DNA of 64,000 bases from Candidatus Velthaea sp. (GTDB lineage: Bacteria; Vulcanimicrobiota; Vulcanimicrobiia; Vulcanimicrobiales; Vulcanimicrobiaceae). The DNA lies in the NCBI GenBank assembly GCA_965214935.1, contig CBDCCS010000018.1, forward strand, positions 416,001 through 480,000. Direction: 5' to 3'. Within the stretch, counting starts at the first letter, position 1. Each line of letters starts with the position of its first letter. The notes beneath the pieces were generated by a model. That model saw only the letters and a list, made by a program, of their open reading frames with translations, was not told the origin of the DNA and ran no database searches. Both the position numbers and the translations under genes were made by a program. Positions 11,197-20,990 of this stretch are shown piece after piece.

Positions 11197-13363
11197 TCAA
11201 ACAATTACGGCGCTCGTCAATGCGCGCCACGGCGACCCGTTCGCCGTGCTCGGGATGCACGTCGTCAACGGCACGGTCGTCGTACGGGCGCTTTTGCCGC
11301 AGGCCTCGCGCGTACAGGTCGTCGACACGACGGACGGATCGGTCGTCGCCGACCTGCCGTTGCTCGACAAAGCGGGCTTCTTTGCCGGTCCGGTCGAGGG
11401 GCGCGTTGCTGCGTTCGGCTATCGCCTCCGCATCTCGCTCGGAACCGCCGTCAGCGACATCGATGACGCCTATCGCTTCGGCCCCGTTTTAAGCGACCTC
11501 GATCTCTATTTGTTCGGCGAAGGCACGCATCGCCAACTGTATCGCCGTTTCGGTTCGCACCCGCTGCGCCATGAAGGTGTCGACGGGGTCAGCTTCGCCG
11601 TTTGGGCGCCCAACGCGCAGCGCGTCTCGGTTGTCGGTGATTTCAACGCATGGGACGGGCGCCGGCACCCGATGCGCTTGCGCAGCAGCGGTGTTTGGGA
11701 GATCTTCATTCCGGCAGTTCCGCTGGGCAGCGCATACAAATACGAACTGCTCGGGCCGGATGGTGGCGTCCTACCGCTCAAAGCCGATCCCTTCGCGTTT
11801 GCCGCCGAGCGAACACCGGCCACGGCCTCAATCGTCGCCGTTCCGGGACAAGCGAGCTGGAACGATGCGCAATGGCTTGCCGGCCGGGAAGCCGCAAATC
11901 GGCGCGACGCACCGATTTCAATCTACGAAGTGCATCTCGGTTCGTGGCAGCGTGCCGAGGGCAACCGCTACTTGACCTACACCGAGCTTGCCGAACGACT
12001 CGTCCCGTACGTTGCGGAATTGGGCTTCACGCATCTCGAACTCATGCCGGTATCGGAACACCCCTTCGACGGCTCGTGGGGCTATCAGCCCGTCGGCATG
12101 TTCGCGCCGACGAGCCGATTCGGTTCGCCCGAAGATTTCGCCAAGTTCGTCGATGCCGCGCACGTTGCCGGCATCGGCGTTATCATCGATTGGGTGCCCG
12201 GTCATTTTCCGACCGATGCGCACGGGCTGGGCCGCTTCGACGGAACGCCGCTCTACGAACATGCCGATCCGCGCCAAGGTTTTCAGCCCGACTGGAATAC
12301 GCTGATCTTTAATTTCGGCCGCAACGAAGTGGCGAACTTCTTGATGGCAAACGCGATCTTTTGGCTCGACATGTACCACATCGATGGTCTGCGCGTCGAT
12401 GCCGTTGCATCGATGCTTTATCTGGACTATAGCCGCAAGGAAGGCGAATGGATTCCCAACCGGTTCGGCGGCCGGGAAAATCTCGAAGCGATCGCACTTC
12501 TGCAACGCGTCAATACGGCAGCGTACGGCGAAGTGCCCGGCATTACAACGATCGCCGAAGAATCGACGGCCTTTCCCGGAGTTTCGGTCCCCGTTGAGTT
12601 CGGCGGCCTTGGTTTCGGTTACAAGTGGAACATGGGCTGGATGCACGATTCGCTTGCATACATGCATGAAGATCCGATTTACCGCCGCTACCATCAAGAC
12701 GAGTTGACGTTTACGTTCATGTACGCGTTCAGCGAAAATTTCGTCTTGCCGCTGTCGCATGACGAAGTCGTGCACGGCAAAGGTTCGCTCATCGCTAAGA
12801 TGCCGGGCGACAGTTGGCAAGTGTTTGCGAATTTGCGTTTGTATTTCGGCTACATGTTCGCCAATCCGGGCAAAAAGTTACTTTTCATGGGCGGTGAATT
12901 CGCGCAAGGCCGCGAGTGGAATCACGACCGCAGTCTGGATTGGCATCTACTGGACATACCGCAGCATCGCGGCGTGCAAAAGCTCATCGCCGATTGCAAT
13001 GCGATGTACCGTTCGCTGCCGGCGCTGCACGAACTCGATAACGAAGCAGCCGGGTTTGAGTGGATTACGTCCGATCGCGAGTCGTCAGTGCTGGCGTTCA
13101 TGCGCCGCGCGCGGCCCGGCGATAACGACCTGGCCGTCGTGATCAGTAATTTTACGGCGATACCGCGGTCCCAATATCGGATCGGTGTGGCGGTGCTCGG
13201 CACGTATACCGAGGCGCTCAACACCGACGATCAGGCGTATGGCGGTAGCGGTGTCGCCAATCCGCCCCTCATTGCCGAAGCCGTCACCGCACACGGTAAG
13301 CCCTACTCGATCCTCGCGCAATTACCGCCGCTGGCAACCGTGATCTTAACGCGCACCTCGTAA
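11180..13363 (+). CDS. glgB: 1,4-alpha-glucan branching enzyme
   Basis: [47 protein letters not shown] motifs. Confidence 0.97.
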   Translation: MQPLTDQTITALVNARHGDPFAVLGMHVVNGTVVVRALLPQASRVQVVDTTDGSVVADLPLLDKAGFFAGPVEGRVAAFGYRLRISLGTAVSDIDDAYRFGPVLSDLDLYLFGEGTHRQLYRRFGSHPLRHEGVDGVSFAVWAPNAQRVSVVGDFNAWDGRRHPMRLRSSGVWEIFIPAVPLGSAYKYELLGPDGGVLPLKADPFAFAAERTPATASIVAVPGQASWNDAQWLAGREAANRRDAPISIYEVHLGSWQRAEGNRYLTYTELAERLVPYVAELGFTHLELMPVSEHPFDGSWGYQPVGMFAPTSRFGSPEDFAKFVDAAHVAGIGVIIDWVPGHFPTDAHGLGRFDGTPLYEHADPRQGFQPDWNTLIFNFGRNEVANFLMANAIFWLDMYHIDGLRVDAVASMLYLDYSRKEGEWIPNRFGGRENLEAIALLQRVNTAAYGEVPGITTIAEESTAFPGVSVPVEFGGLGFGYKWNMGWMHDSLAYMHEDPIYRRYHQDELTFTFMYAFSENFVLPLSHDEVVHGKGSLIAKMPGDSWQVFANLRLYFGYMFANPGKKLLFMGGEFAQGREWNHDRSLDWHLLDIPQHRGVQKLIADCNAMYRSLPALHELDNEAAGFEWITSDRESSVLAFMRRARPGDNDLAVVISNFTAIPRSQYRIGVAVLGTYTEALNTDDQAYGGSGVANPPLIAEAVTAHGKPYSILAQLPPLATVILTRTS

Positions 13364-13435
13364 AGGCAAACAGCGTTTGCGCGGGCCCCGGCGCGAACGG
13401 CTGCGAACACATTCGGGGCACCGCGGAGCGTTATC

Positions 13436-14764
13436 ATGAGCGTACGGCCGGCCGACCTTCCACTTACCGTGCACACCCCGGCCGTGCCGCCGGGCTTGCC
13501 GCAGTTGCCGCAACACGTTGCGATTCTCTCATTCGAGGGACCCGACCGGTATGCGTCGATCGGTGGCCTCGGTACGCGGGTGAGTGCGCTGGCGCGAGCG
13601 CTCGGTAACGCCGGCCACGATGTCGAACTTTTCTTCGTCGGCGATCCGGCGATGAAGCCGGTCGAAGCGTGGTCGCCCGGTGTGACGCTGCGACGCTGGT
13701 GCGGCTGGATTTCCGCCCAGCATCCGCGCAGTGCATACGACGGCGAGTCGGAAAAGATTGCCGATCTCGAATCGAGTTTGCCGGCCTATTTGATCGATTC
13801 GGTCATCGCACCGGCCGCCGCGAAAGGCGAGCGCGTTCTGGTCATGGCCGAAGAGTGGCAGATGGCGAATATCGCGATCGTGCTCGATGCCCGGTTGCGC
13901 CAATGCGGCTTGCGCGCGGCCGCGACGATCCTTTGGAACGCCAATAATTCATACGGCTTCGAGCGCATCGATTGGCCGGCGCTGCAGCGTGCCGCGACGA
14001 TCACGGCGGTCAGCCGCTATATGAAATTCGAGCTCGCCCAGTGGCGCGTGCCCGCGCTCGTTATTCCGAATGGGATCGACGAGCGGTTATTACGCGGAGC
14101 CGATCCGGCGATGGTCGCCGAAGTCAAAGACGCGTTTGCCGGCAAGCCGACGCTCTTTAAAATCGGCCGCTTCGATCCGGATAAGAATTGGCTGCAAGCC
14201 ATCGATGCGCTCGTCGAGTTGCGTGCAGCCGGCATCCCGGCACGGCTCGTCGTGCGCGGCGGGAAGGATCCGTACGGCGAAACGGTCATGGGTCATGCGC
14301 GCAATCGCGGTCTGGTCGTCGAGCGGATGTCGTACGAAGGGACGGATGGCCGTCGCGTCATTGCCGGCCTACGTGAAGCCGAGGCCGCCGTCATCCACGT
14401 TCGGCCGTTTCTCGACGAAAAAACGTTGTTTGCACTCTATGCCGGGTGCGATGTGGTGCTTGCCAACAGCGGGAAAGAACCGTTTGGATTAGTCGGACTC
14501 GAAGTTATGGCAGCCGGCGGCGTCGTCGTGTGCGGCTCGACGGGTGAAGAGTACGCCGATCCGTTCGTCAACTCGCTGGTTTGCGACACCGGTGACGGCA
14601 GCGAACTCGCGACGTATTTGCGCACGCTCTTTGCCGATCCGATGCTGCGCGAGGAATTGCGCGCGCATGGTGCGATGACTGCCGCACACTACACCTGGAC
14701 GCGTGTCTTAGCGTCGCTCGAACGCAAAGTCGCTTACGTCGAGTCGCGCTTCGACGTCGCGTAA
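13436..14764 (+). CDS. GT4 family glycosyltransferase (glycogen-synthase-like fold)
   Basis: GGLGT N-terminal loop, IPNGID, KIGRFDPDK, EPFGLVGLEVMAAG. Confidence 0.85.
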   Translation: MSVRPADLPLTVHTPAVPPGLPQLPQHVAILSFEGPDRYASIGGLGTRVSALARALGNAGHDVELFFVGDPAMKPVEAWSPGVTLRRWCGWISAQHPRSAYDGESEKIADLESSLPAYLIDSVIAPAAAKGERVLVMAEEWQMANIAIVLDARLRQCGLRAAATILWNANNSYGFERIDWPALQRAATITAVSRYMKFELAQWRVPALVIPNGIDERLLRGADPAMVAEVKDAFAGKPTLFKIGRFDPDKNWLQAIDALVELRAAGIPARLVVRGGKDPYGETVMGHARNRGLVVERMSYEGTDGRRVIAGLREAEAAVIHVRPFLDEKTLFALYAGCDVVLANSGKEPFGLVGLEVMAAGGVVVCGSTGEEYADPFVNSLVCDTGDGSELATYLRTLFADPMLREELRAHGAMTAAHYTWTRVLASLERKVAYVESRFDVA

Positions 14765-14774
14765 TCGGCGGTCG

Positions 14775-15473
14775 TCAACCATCGGCTGCCCGAACCGGAC
14801 ACGACGCGAACGTCGTGACACTCGGCGATCTGAGCAGTGCGTTTAGCCGGAGTATCAGGCCGGTCTCCTCGGCGAACGGAATGAGATCGTCGGGATACAT
14901 CAAACCGCGCTGCGGATGTTGCCAGCGAATCAAGGCCTCGGCGCCGTTGAGCCGGCCATCGCTGCGCACTTGCGCTTGGTAATGCAGCTCGAATTGGTTG
15001 TCGACGAGCGCACGTAACAGGTCGACCTCGAGTGCCGCACGTTGACGGACCACCGCCTCCATGGCCGGATCGAAAAAGCGGCAGGCGTTCCGGCCGGTCT
15101 CTTTTGCTTTGTACATCGCAAGATCGGCATGTTTGAGCACGTCCTCGGCTGAGGCTGAGTCGTCTTGAAAGAGCGTGAGGCCGATACTGCCGGACGTCAC
15201 GTGCGTGATGTTGCCGAAGTGAAAGCTCGTATTGAGCAGCGCCAAGATTTGCTGTGCGATCGATTCCAGGGCAGCGGCAGCTTCGGCGCGATCGCGACCG
15301 ATGTCGATAACGACGAGCACGAATTCATCGCCGCCGAGCCGTGCGACCGTATCGCCTCGGCGGACGCCCGTGCAGAGGCGCTGAGCGACTTCGCGCAGCA
15401 GCAAATCGCCGACATCATGCTTCGATCGACGGTTGCGGGCGCCCGCGTCGTCGCAATCGTGGGCAAACTTCAC
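14775..15473 (-). pseudogene. Internal fragment of a GGDEF-EAL gene
   Basis: Homology begins mid-GGDEF (HDVGDLLL...ARLGGDEF) and ends early in EAL (EALIRW...EETGLI); both domains are incomplete. Confidence 0.75.
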
Positions 15474-17503
15474 GCGCCGCGCGGCCGCGATTCGCGTAGC
15501 TCATCACATACCGCGATGAATTGCGGCTCGGCGGCGATCGTCTCGATGTCGAGCCCGAGCTTGCGCCGCCAATTCGGATACTGATCCCAGGTTCCGGGCA
15601 CGTTGATCGGCAAGACTTCGCCCAAGGCATCGTCGACTTGCATCATCACGATGCGGGCCGGCGAGCGGGCTAAGAACCGGTGCGCGGCGATCATCACGTC
15701 TGCCGGGGATGCGTCCGCGCCGGCAAGATCGCCCGACGCAACGAGCAGCGCAACGAGCCGTTGACGATCGGTCTCGCGTTCGACATGCTCGTCGGCAATA
15801 CGCGCCGGATCGCCGACACCCAGACTCGCGCGCAGATCGATGTCCGAGCCGCCGATCCAGGCGGCAAACGTTGCCAGGTCGTGCGTCCCGATCGCCGCGA
15901 GACTGAGCGCCGGATACTGCTCGGCGATAATAAAATTTGCGTCGGCTTGTCGCTCGAAAAAAAGAATCCGATAGGAGAGAACGTGCGCTTGCGCCATTCG
16001 TTCGCGGAAGCCCACCGGCACCGTGCCGAGGTCTTCGCCGATGACGCTGCAGCGTGCGCGCACGCTTTCGAGCGCCAGCACGCCGAGGACGTCCTCGAAC
16101 GGATAGCCGACATAGGTGCCCTCGAGTGCCGAACGTCCGCGCGGACTCCAGAATAGCCGGGCCAGCGACATGACGTGATCGATGCGCAACGCGCCGGCAT
16201 CTTGCATGTTCGCGCGGAACAACTCGGCCGCGGTGCGATAGCCGTCGCGCGCAAGACCCGTCGGGTGGAGCGGCGGCAGGCCCCAGTCCTGACCGTCCGG
16301 ATTGAGCATGTCGGGCGGCGCCCCGACGCTCACGGATGAAACATACGCCTGCGGGTCGATCCAGACGTCCGCTCCGCTCGCGTCGACGCCGACGGCAAGA
16401 TCGCGGTAAATCGCCACGGCATGGCGTTGGGCAACCTTCGCGGCAGCGCTCAATTGGCGTGCGGCATGATACTGCAAAAACATCGAATACTCGACCGCCG
16501 GCCGTTCGGCGCGCGCGAACGCCTTGACGTCGTCGGTCGCCGGATCGCGATAGCTCGGCGGCCACGCGGCAACGTCGCGGCCGAACCGCTCGACGAGCGT
16601 CTCGAACGTCGCGAAGCGCTCGAGTGCCGTGCCGCCGTCGGCGATGAATGCGCTGAACTCCGCATCGTCGCGACCGTGCTCGTGCACAAGCGCGAAGCAC
16701 GCGCGCAGAATGATGTCTTTGGCCGCCGCAACGCCGATGTAATCGACGATCGATGTCGCGCGCAGCAGCTGCAATTGCGCTTGAAAATCCGGTGCGTCAA
16801 TCGTGCTCCGCACGCGCGGATCGTGAGATTGCGCAAGCGCGTCGACATCGATATACAACCAATTGAGAAAGCGCCGCGACGTCGGCGCGTACGGACTCGC
16901 GGCGTCGGGATCGGTGCGATGCGGCGCATGTAGCGGGTTGACGCCGACATAATCGGCGCCGGCCTCGGCAGCGATCCGGATAAATTGAGTGAGATCGGTA
17001 AAATCGCCGATGCCCCAATTTCGTTCCGACCGTAACGTATAGACCTGGACGGCGATACCCCAGCGCTGGCCGCCCGGCGGCGTATACACAGCCGGCGGAA
17101 CGATGACAAGGAAGCTTTCGGCGCTGCCGTAACGGCCTGCGTCGAGCGCGATGCGGTGATAGCCGAGCGGGAATGCGCCCAGTGCAAGGCTGCGCCGGTC
17201 GAACGTCCGGCCCATTCGCTCGAACGAGCCGGTTACGGGCGCATCGCGTAGTTCGGCGGTCCCGTGTCTGGCGCTGCCGTCTTCGAGTGCGATCGTCCAG
17301 CTGACGCGCTCGGTCCAGCTCGCGGCGGGCAGCGTAATCTCGACGGCCGCCGGCCGGTCGTCGCGCACGACCGTTGCCGGCAGCAGCATATCTTCGGCGT
17401 GCGCTTCGCCGCCGAGCAGCGCGACGAAGGCATCGAGGGTTGCTTGCGGTACGACGCGCTCGACCCCGAAAGCATCGGAGTAGCGCGCGTCGGGTGCAGT
17501 CAC
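15470..17503 (-). CDS. malQ: 4-alpha-glucanotransferase (amylomaltase)
   Basis: WGIGDF, SPYAPTSR, DLAVG, GAPPD, LRIDH, GEDLG, GTHD, NWRRK; GTG start overlaps the glgX stop. Confidence 0.95.
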   Translation of the reverse strand: MTAPDARYSDAFGVERVVPQATLDAFVALLGGEAHAEDMLLPATVVRDDRPAAVEITLPAASWTERVSWTIALEDGSARHGTAELRDAPVTGSFERMGRTFDRRSLALGAFPLGYHRIALDAGRYGSAESFLVIVPPAVYTPPGGQRWGIAVQVYTLRSERNWGIGDFTDLTQFIRIAAEAGADYVGVNPLHAPHRTDPDAASPYAPTSRRFLNWLYIDVDALAQSHDPRVRSTIDAPDFQAQLQLLRATSIVDYIGVAAAKDIILRACFALVHEHGRDDAEFSAFIADGGTALERFATFETLVERFGRDVAAWPPSYRDPATDDVKAFARAERPAVEYSMFLQYHAARQLSAAAKVAQRHAVAIYRDLAVGVDASGADVWIDPQAYVSSVSVGAPPDMLNPDGQDWGLPPLHPTGLARDGYRTAAELFRANMQDAGALRIDHVMSLARLFWSPRGRSALEGTYVGYPFEDVLGVLALESVRARCSVIGEDLGTVPVGFRERMAQAHVLSYRILFFERQADANFIIAEQYPALSLAAIGTHDLATFAAWIGGSDIDLRASLGVGDPARIADEHVERETDRQRLVALLVASGDLAGADASPADVMIAAHRFLARSPARIVMMQVDDALGEVLPINVPGTWDQYPNWRRKLGLDIETIAAEPQFIAVCDELRESRPRGA

Positions 17504-19581
17504 AACGCGCGCCCCGCAAATACTGCGAGCGAACGCGTGCGCAATATGTACGCCTCGCGTGCTTCGAGCGTCGCACCGGAGGCCGCTCCGCCGTCGAGCG
17601 ACGTATCGAGCGCTAGCGTCCATTCGATTCGCGCCGGATCCGGTAATTGAAACTTTACGTCGATGTCCGCGGCGTTCAAGAGCATTGCGATGAGCGGCCG
17701 GGCGCCGAAGAAGACGCCGATCGCACGCAGCGGCTGATGCCAATCGTGTGCCGTCATTTCACCGCCCGTGTCGCGCAGCCAGGTAATGTCTTTGCGGTTC
17801 GTACCCGGCAGGGGCGCGCCGCGGAAGTAGGCGTCGCTGTTGAAGGCGGGCAGCCCCTTGCGCATGCGAATGATCATCTGCACGAAGTCCGTTAACGCAA
17901 GATCGCGGTCGGTCCGGCCTTTCCAATCGAGCCACGAGATTTCGCTGTCCTGACAGTAGGCATTGTTGTTGCCGCCCTGCGTGTTGCCGAACTCGTCGCC
18001 GGCAAGCATGAGCGGGACGCCCGACGAGAAAAAAAGTGATGCCAGCAAATTACGCTTCTGGCGTTCGCGTAACGCCAGCACGTTCGGATCGTCGGTCGGC
18101 CCTTCAACCCCGCAATTCCAACTCTCGTTGTCATCGGCACCGTCGCGATTTCCCTCGAAATTCGCGTCGTTGTGTTTGCCGTTGTAGGCGACCAGATCGG
18201 CTAACGTGAAGCCGTCGTGCACGGTCACCAAATTGATACTCGAACGTGGCCGGCGGCCGTCCCAGGCAAATAGGTCGCTCGAGCCTGCCAAACGCGATGC
18301 GAGCTCCGGCAAGACGCCGTCGGTGCCTTTCCAGAATCGCCGGATCGTATCGCGGTAACGGCCGTTCCATTCCGACCAGCCGGGCGGAAAATTCCCAACT
18401 TGATAGCCGCCCATCCCGAGATCCCAGGGCTCGGCGATCATCTTCACGCGCGAAAGAACCGGATCTTGCGCGACGGCTTTGAAGAATGCCGCGTCACGCG
18501 CGTACCCGTTATTTTCGCGTGCAATCGAAACGGCGAGATCGAAACGGAAGCCGTCGACATGCATCTCTTCGACCCAGTAGCGCAGCGAGTCCATGACGAG
18601 TTGCAACACACGTGGATGGCGCAGATCGAGCGTGTTGCCGCAGCCCGTCGAATCGTCGTAAAAACGGGCGTCGCTCATCGTGCGGTAATACGATTTGTTG
18701 TCGATCCCGCGCAGCGAGAGCGTCGGCCCGAGGTGATTGCCTTCGGCGGTATGGTTGTAAACGACGTCGAGGATGACTTCAATGCCGGCTTCGTGCAGCA
18801 GCTTGACCATCGTCTTGAACTCACTCAAGCCGCTCGTTAAATACCGCGGCTCCGGTGCGAAAAACGCCAGCGAGTTGTAGCCCCAATAATTACGCAGACG
18901 GCGTTCGATGAGAAACCGGTCGTCGATAAAGGCGTGAATCGGCAGCAGTTCGACCGCGGTGATTCCCAGATCGACGAGATAGGCGATGACCGCGGGTGCC
19001 GACAATCCGGCGAACGTCCCGCGCATCGCCGGCGGCACGTTCGGATGCAGCTGCGTGTAACCGCGCACGTGCAATTCGTAAATGATCGTCTGCTGCCATG
19101 TGTTGTTGGGGCGCCGGTCGTCGCCCCAGGTAAAGGCGGTATCGCAAACGACGCCCTTGGGTACACCCGAAGCGTTATCGCGCCGGTCGAACGAGAGATC
19201 GCCGTTGCGCGCACCGATCCGATAGCCGTAGTGCGCGTCGCTCCAGCGCATGCTGCCGCTCAATTCGCGCGCATACGGATCGACGAGCAGCTTATGATGG
19301 TTGAAGCGGTGGCCGCTGGCGGGATCGTACGGACCGTAGACGCGATAGCCGTACAGCGTTCCGGGACGCGCGTCGGCCAGATAGCCGTGCCAGACTTGGT
19401 CGGTATATTCGGGCAATTGATGGCGCACCAGTTCGCGCCGGCCGCGTGCATCGAAGATGCACAGTTCGACTCGTTCGGCATGCGCTGAGAAAAGCGCGAA
19501 ATTGACGCCTTTTCCATCCCATGTTGCGCCGAGTGGGAACGGCTGCCCGGGCGCGATGCGGCGACGCGCCGCCGAGTTCAC
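17500..19581 (-). CDS. glgX: Glycogen debranching enzyme (isoamylase type)
   Basis: PLGATWDG, NYWGYN, DVVYNHTAEG, DGFRFDLA, AEPWD, HDGFTL, GNNNAYCQD. Confidence 0.96.
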   Translation of the reverse strand: MNSAARRRIAPGQPFPLGATWDGKGVNFALFSAHAERVELCIFDARGRRELVRHQLPEYTDQVWHGYLADARPGTLYGYRVYGPYDPASGHRFNHHKLLVDPYARELSGSMRWSDAHYGYRIGARNGDLSFDRRDNASGVPKGVVCDTAFTWGDDRRPNNTWQQTIIYELHVRGYTQLHPNVPPAMRGTFAGLSAPAVIAYLVDLGITAVELLPIHAFIDDRFLIERRLRNYWGYNSLAFFAPEPRYLTSGLSEFKTMVKLLHEAGIEVILDVVYNHTAEGNHLGPTLSLRGIDNKSYYRTMSDARFYDDSTGCGNTLDLRHPRVLQLVMDSLRYWVEEMHVDGFRFDLAVSIARENNGYARDAAFFKAVAQDPVLSRVKMIAEPWDLGMGGYQVGNFPPGWSEWNGRYRDTIRRFWKGTDGVLPELASRLAGSSDLFAWDGRRPRSSINLVTVHDGFTLADLVAYNGKHNDANFEGNRDGADDNESWNCGVEGPTDDPNVLALRERQKRNLLASLFFSSGVPLMLAGDEFGNTQGGNNNAYCQDSEISWLDWKGRTDRDLALTDFVQMIIRMRKGLPAFNSDAYFRGAPLPGTNRKDITWLRDTGGEMTAHDWHQPLRAIGVFFGARPLIAMLLNAADIDVKFQLPDPARIEWTLALDTSLDGGAASGATLEAREAYILRTRSLAVFAGRAL

Positions 19582-19585
19582 GCCG

Positions 19586-20938
19586 TCACTCGATAAGCAG
19601 CCGCGCGAGACTGGGAAACGCTTCGGCATACGTCGGGTGGATGTGCACCGACCGTTCGAGTGTGCGCCACGTGCTGCGGGCCTCCATATGGGCGAGAAAG
19701 ACATGCACGAGTTCGCCGGCTTCATAACCGACGAGCGTCGCGCCGAGAATGCTGTCGTTGGTTGTGTCGACGACTAGCCGGTAAAATCCGTTCGTTTCGT
19801 TCCATTCGATCGCGCGCGCAACGCTATCGAGTTCGAGCGTCACGCAACGCGCGGCGTGGCCTGCCTGCAGCGCAGCTTCGTGCGTTAGTCCGACGCGTCC
19901 GACTTGCGGATCGGTGAACACCGCGTAACCGAGCACCCGATCGTGGCGCGTGCGCGACATGTCGCCGGCGAGAATCGCTTTGAGCCGCCGATAATCTTCC
20001 CACGAGACGTGCGTGAACTGCGCTTGGCCCGCAACATCACCCAATGCGTAGACGCCGGGAACGGCAGTTCGCAAATGTTCGTCGACCGCGATGTAACCGC
20101 GGGCGTCGAGTGCAATGCCCGCTTCCACGGTACCCGGCGGCACGTTCGGCGTTCGGCCTGCCGCGACGAGCAGTGCTTCGCCTTGTAGCGTTTCACCGCC
20201 GCCGCAATGCACGCGATACGTCGTGCCGTCGAAACGTACCGCTTGTGCATGGACGCCCAGATGGAGGACGACGCCGTCGCGCTCGAGCGAGCGTTGCAAG
20301 GCGGCCGAAACCTCCGGCTCTTCGGCTGCCAGCACGCGGTCCGCGCTGTTTACGATGTGCACCTCGCTGCCGCAGCGGGCTAAGCCTTGTCCGAGTTCGA
20401 GCCCGATATAGCCGCCGCCGATAACGATCGTACGGCGCGGCAACGTCCGCTGATCGAAGAAATTGAGGTTGGTCAGCGTCGGGACGCCGGCGATTCCGTC
20501 AAGCGGCGGCATCGCGGGCGACGTTCCGGTATCGATGATGATTGTTTGCGCGGCGTACGTTTGGCCGCCGGCAACGAGTGTGTGCGGGCCGCTGAAAGCA
20601 GCCTCGGCGCGGACCAGCGCGAGCTGCGGATGTTTGGCGAATTTCGCCTCGACGCCGCCGTTCCAATCCGCAACCGTCGCACGCACGCGGTCCATGACGG
20701 CGGCGAAATCCACCCGCACGTCGGCATGGACGCCGATATCCGCCGCTCGGCGGGCGCGACCGGCTGCATGCGCCGAGGCCAGAAACGCTTTCGAGGGCGT
20801 ACATCCGACGTTGACGCAGCTTCCACCCAGCCGGCCGCGCTCGAACACGACGACACGCTTACCGTCCGCGGCAAGGTCGAGTGCAAGCGGAACGCCGCCC
20901 TGACCCGTACCGATAACGGCAACGTCGAATGTCTCCAT
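19586..20938 (-). CDS. Pyridine nucleotide-disulfide oxidoreductase (MerA/RclA/Lpd superfamily)
   Basis: GTGQGG FAD motif, GGSCVNVGCTPSK redox disulfide, GGGYIGLE, C-terminal HIHPTYAE; no C-terminal Cys-Cys. Confidence 0.88.
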   Translation of the reverse strand: METFDVAVIGTGQGGVPLALDLAADGKRVVVFERGRLGGSCVNVGCTPSKAFLASAHAAGRARRAADIGVHADVRVDFAAVMDRVRATVADWNGGVEAKFAKHPQLALVRAEAAFSGPHTLVAGGQTYAAQTIIIDTGTSPAMPPLDGIAGVPTLTNLNFFDQRTLPRRTIVIGGGYIGLELGQGLARCGSEVHIVNSADRVLAAEEPEVSAALQRSLERDGVVLHLGVHAQAVRFDGTTYRVHCGGGETLQGEALLVAAGRTPNVPPGTVEAGIALDARGYIAVDEHLRTAVPGVYALGDVAGQAQFTHVSWEDYRRLKAILAGDMSRTRHDRVLGYAVFTDPQVGRVGLTHEAALQAGHAARCVTLELDSVARAIEWNETNGFYRLVVDTTNDSILGATLVGYEAGELVHVFLAHMEARSTWRTLERSVHIHPTYAEAFPSLARLLIE

Positions 20939-20990
20939 GGCGGCAAGCTCCTACCCGTTTCGTGGCCGAGTGCGGCGCCCGGCGAGCACG

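Noticed and set aside
19586..20938. Mercuric reductase merA
   Set aside because: No C-terminal Cys-Cys, no N-terminal HMA domain and no mer operon genes.
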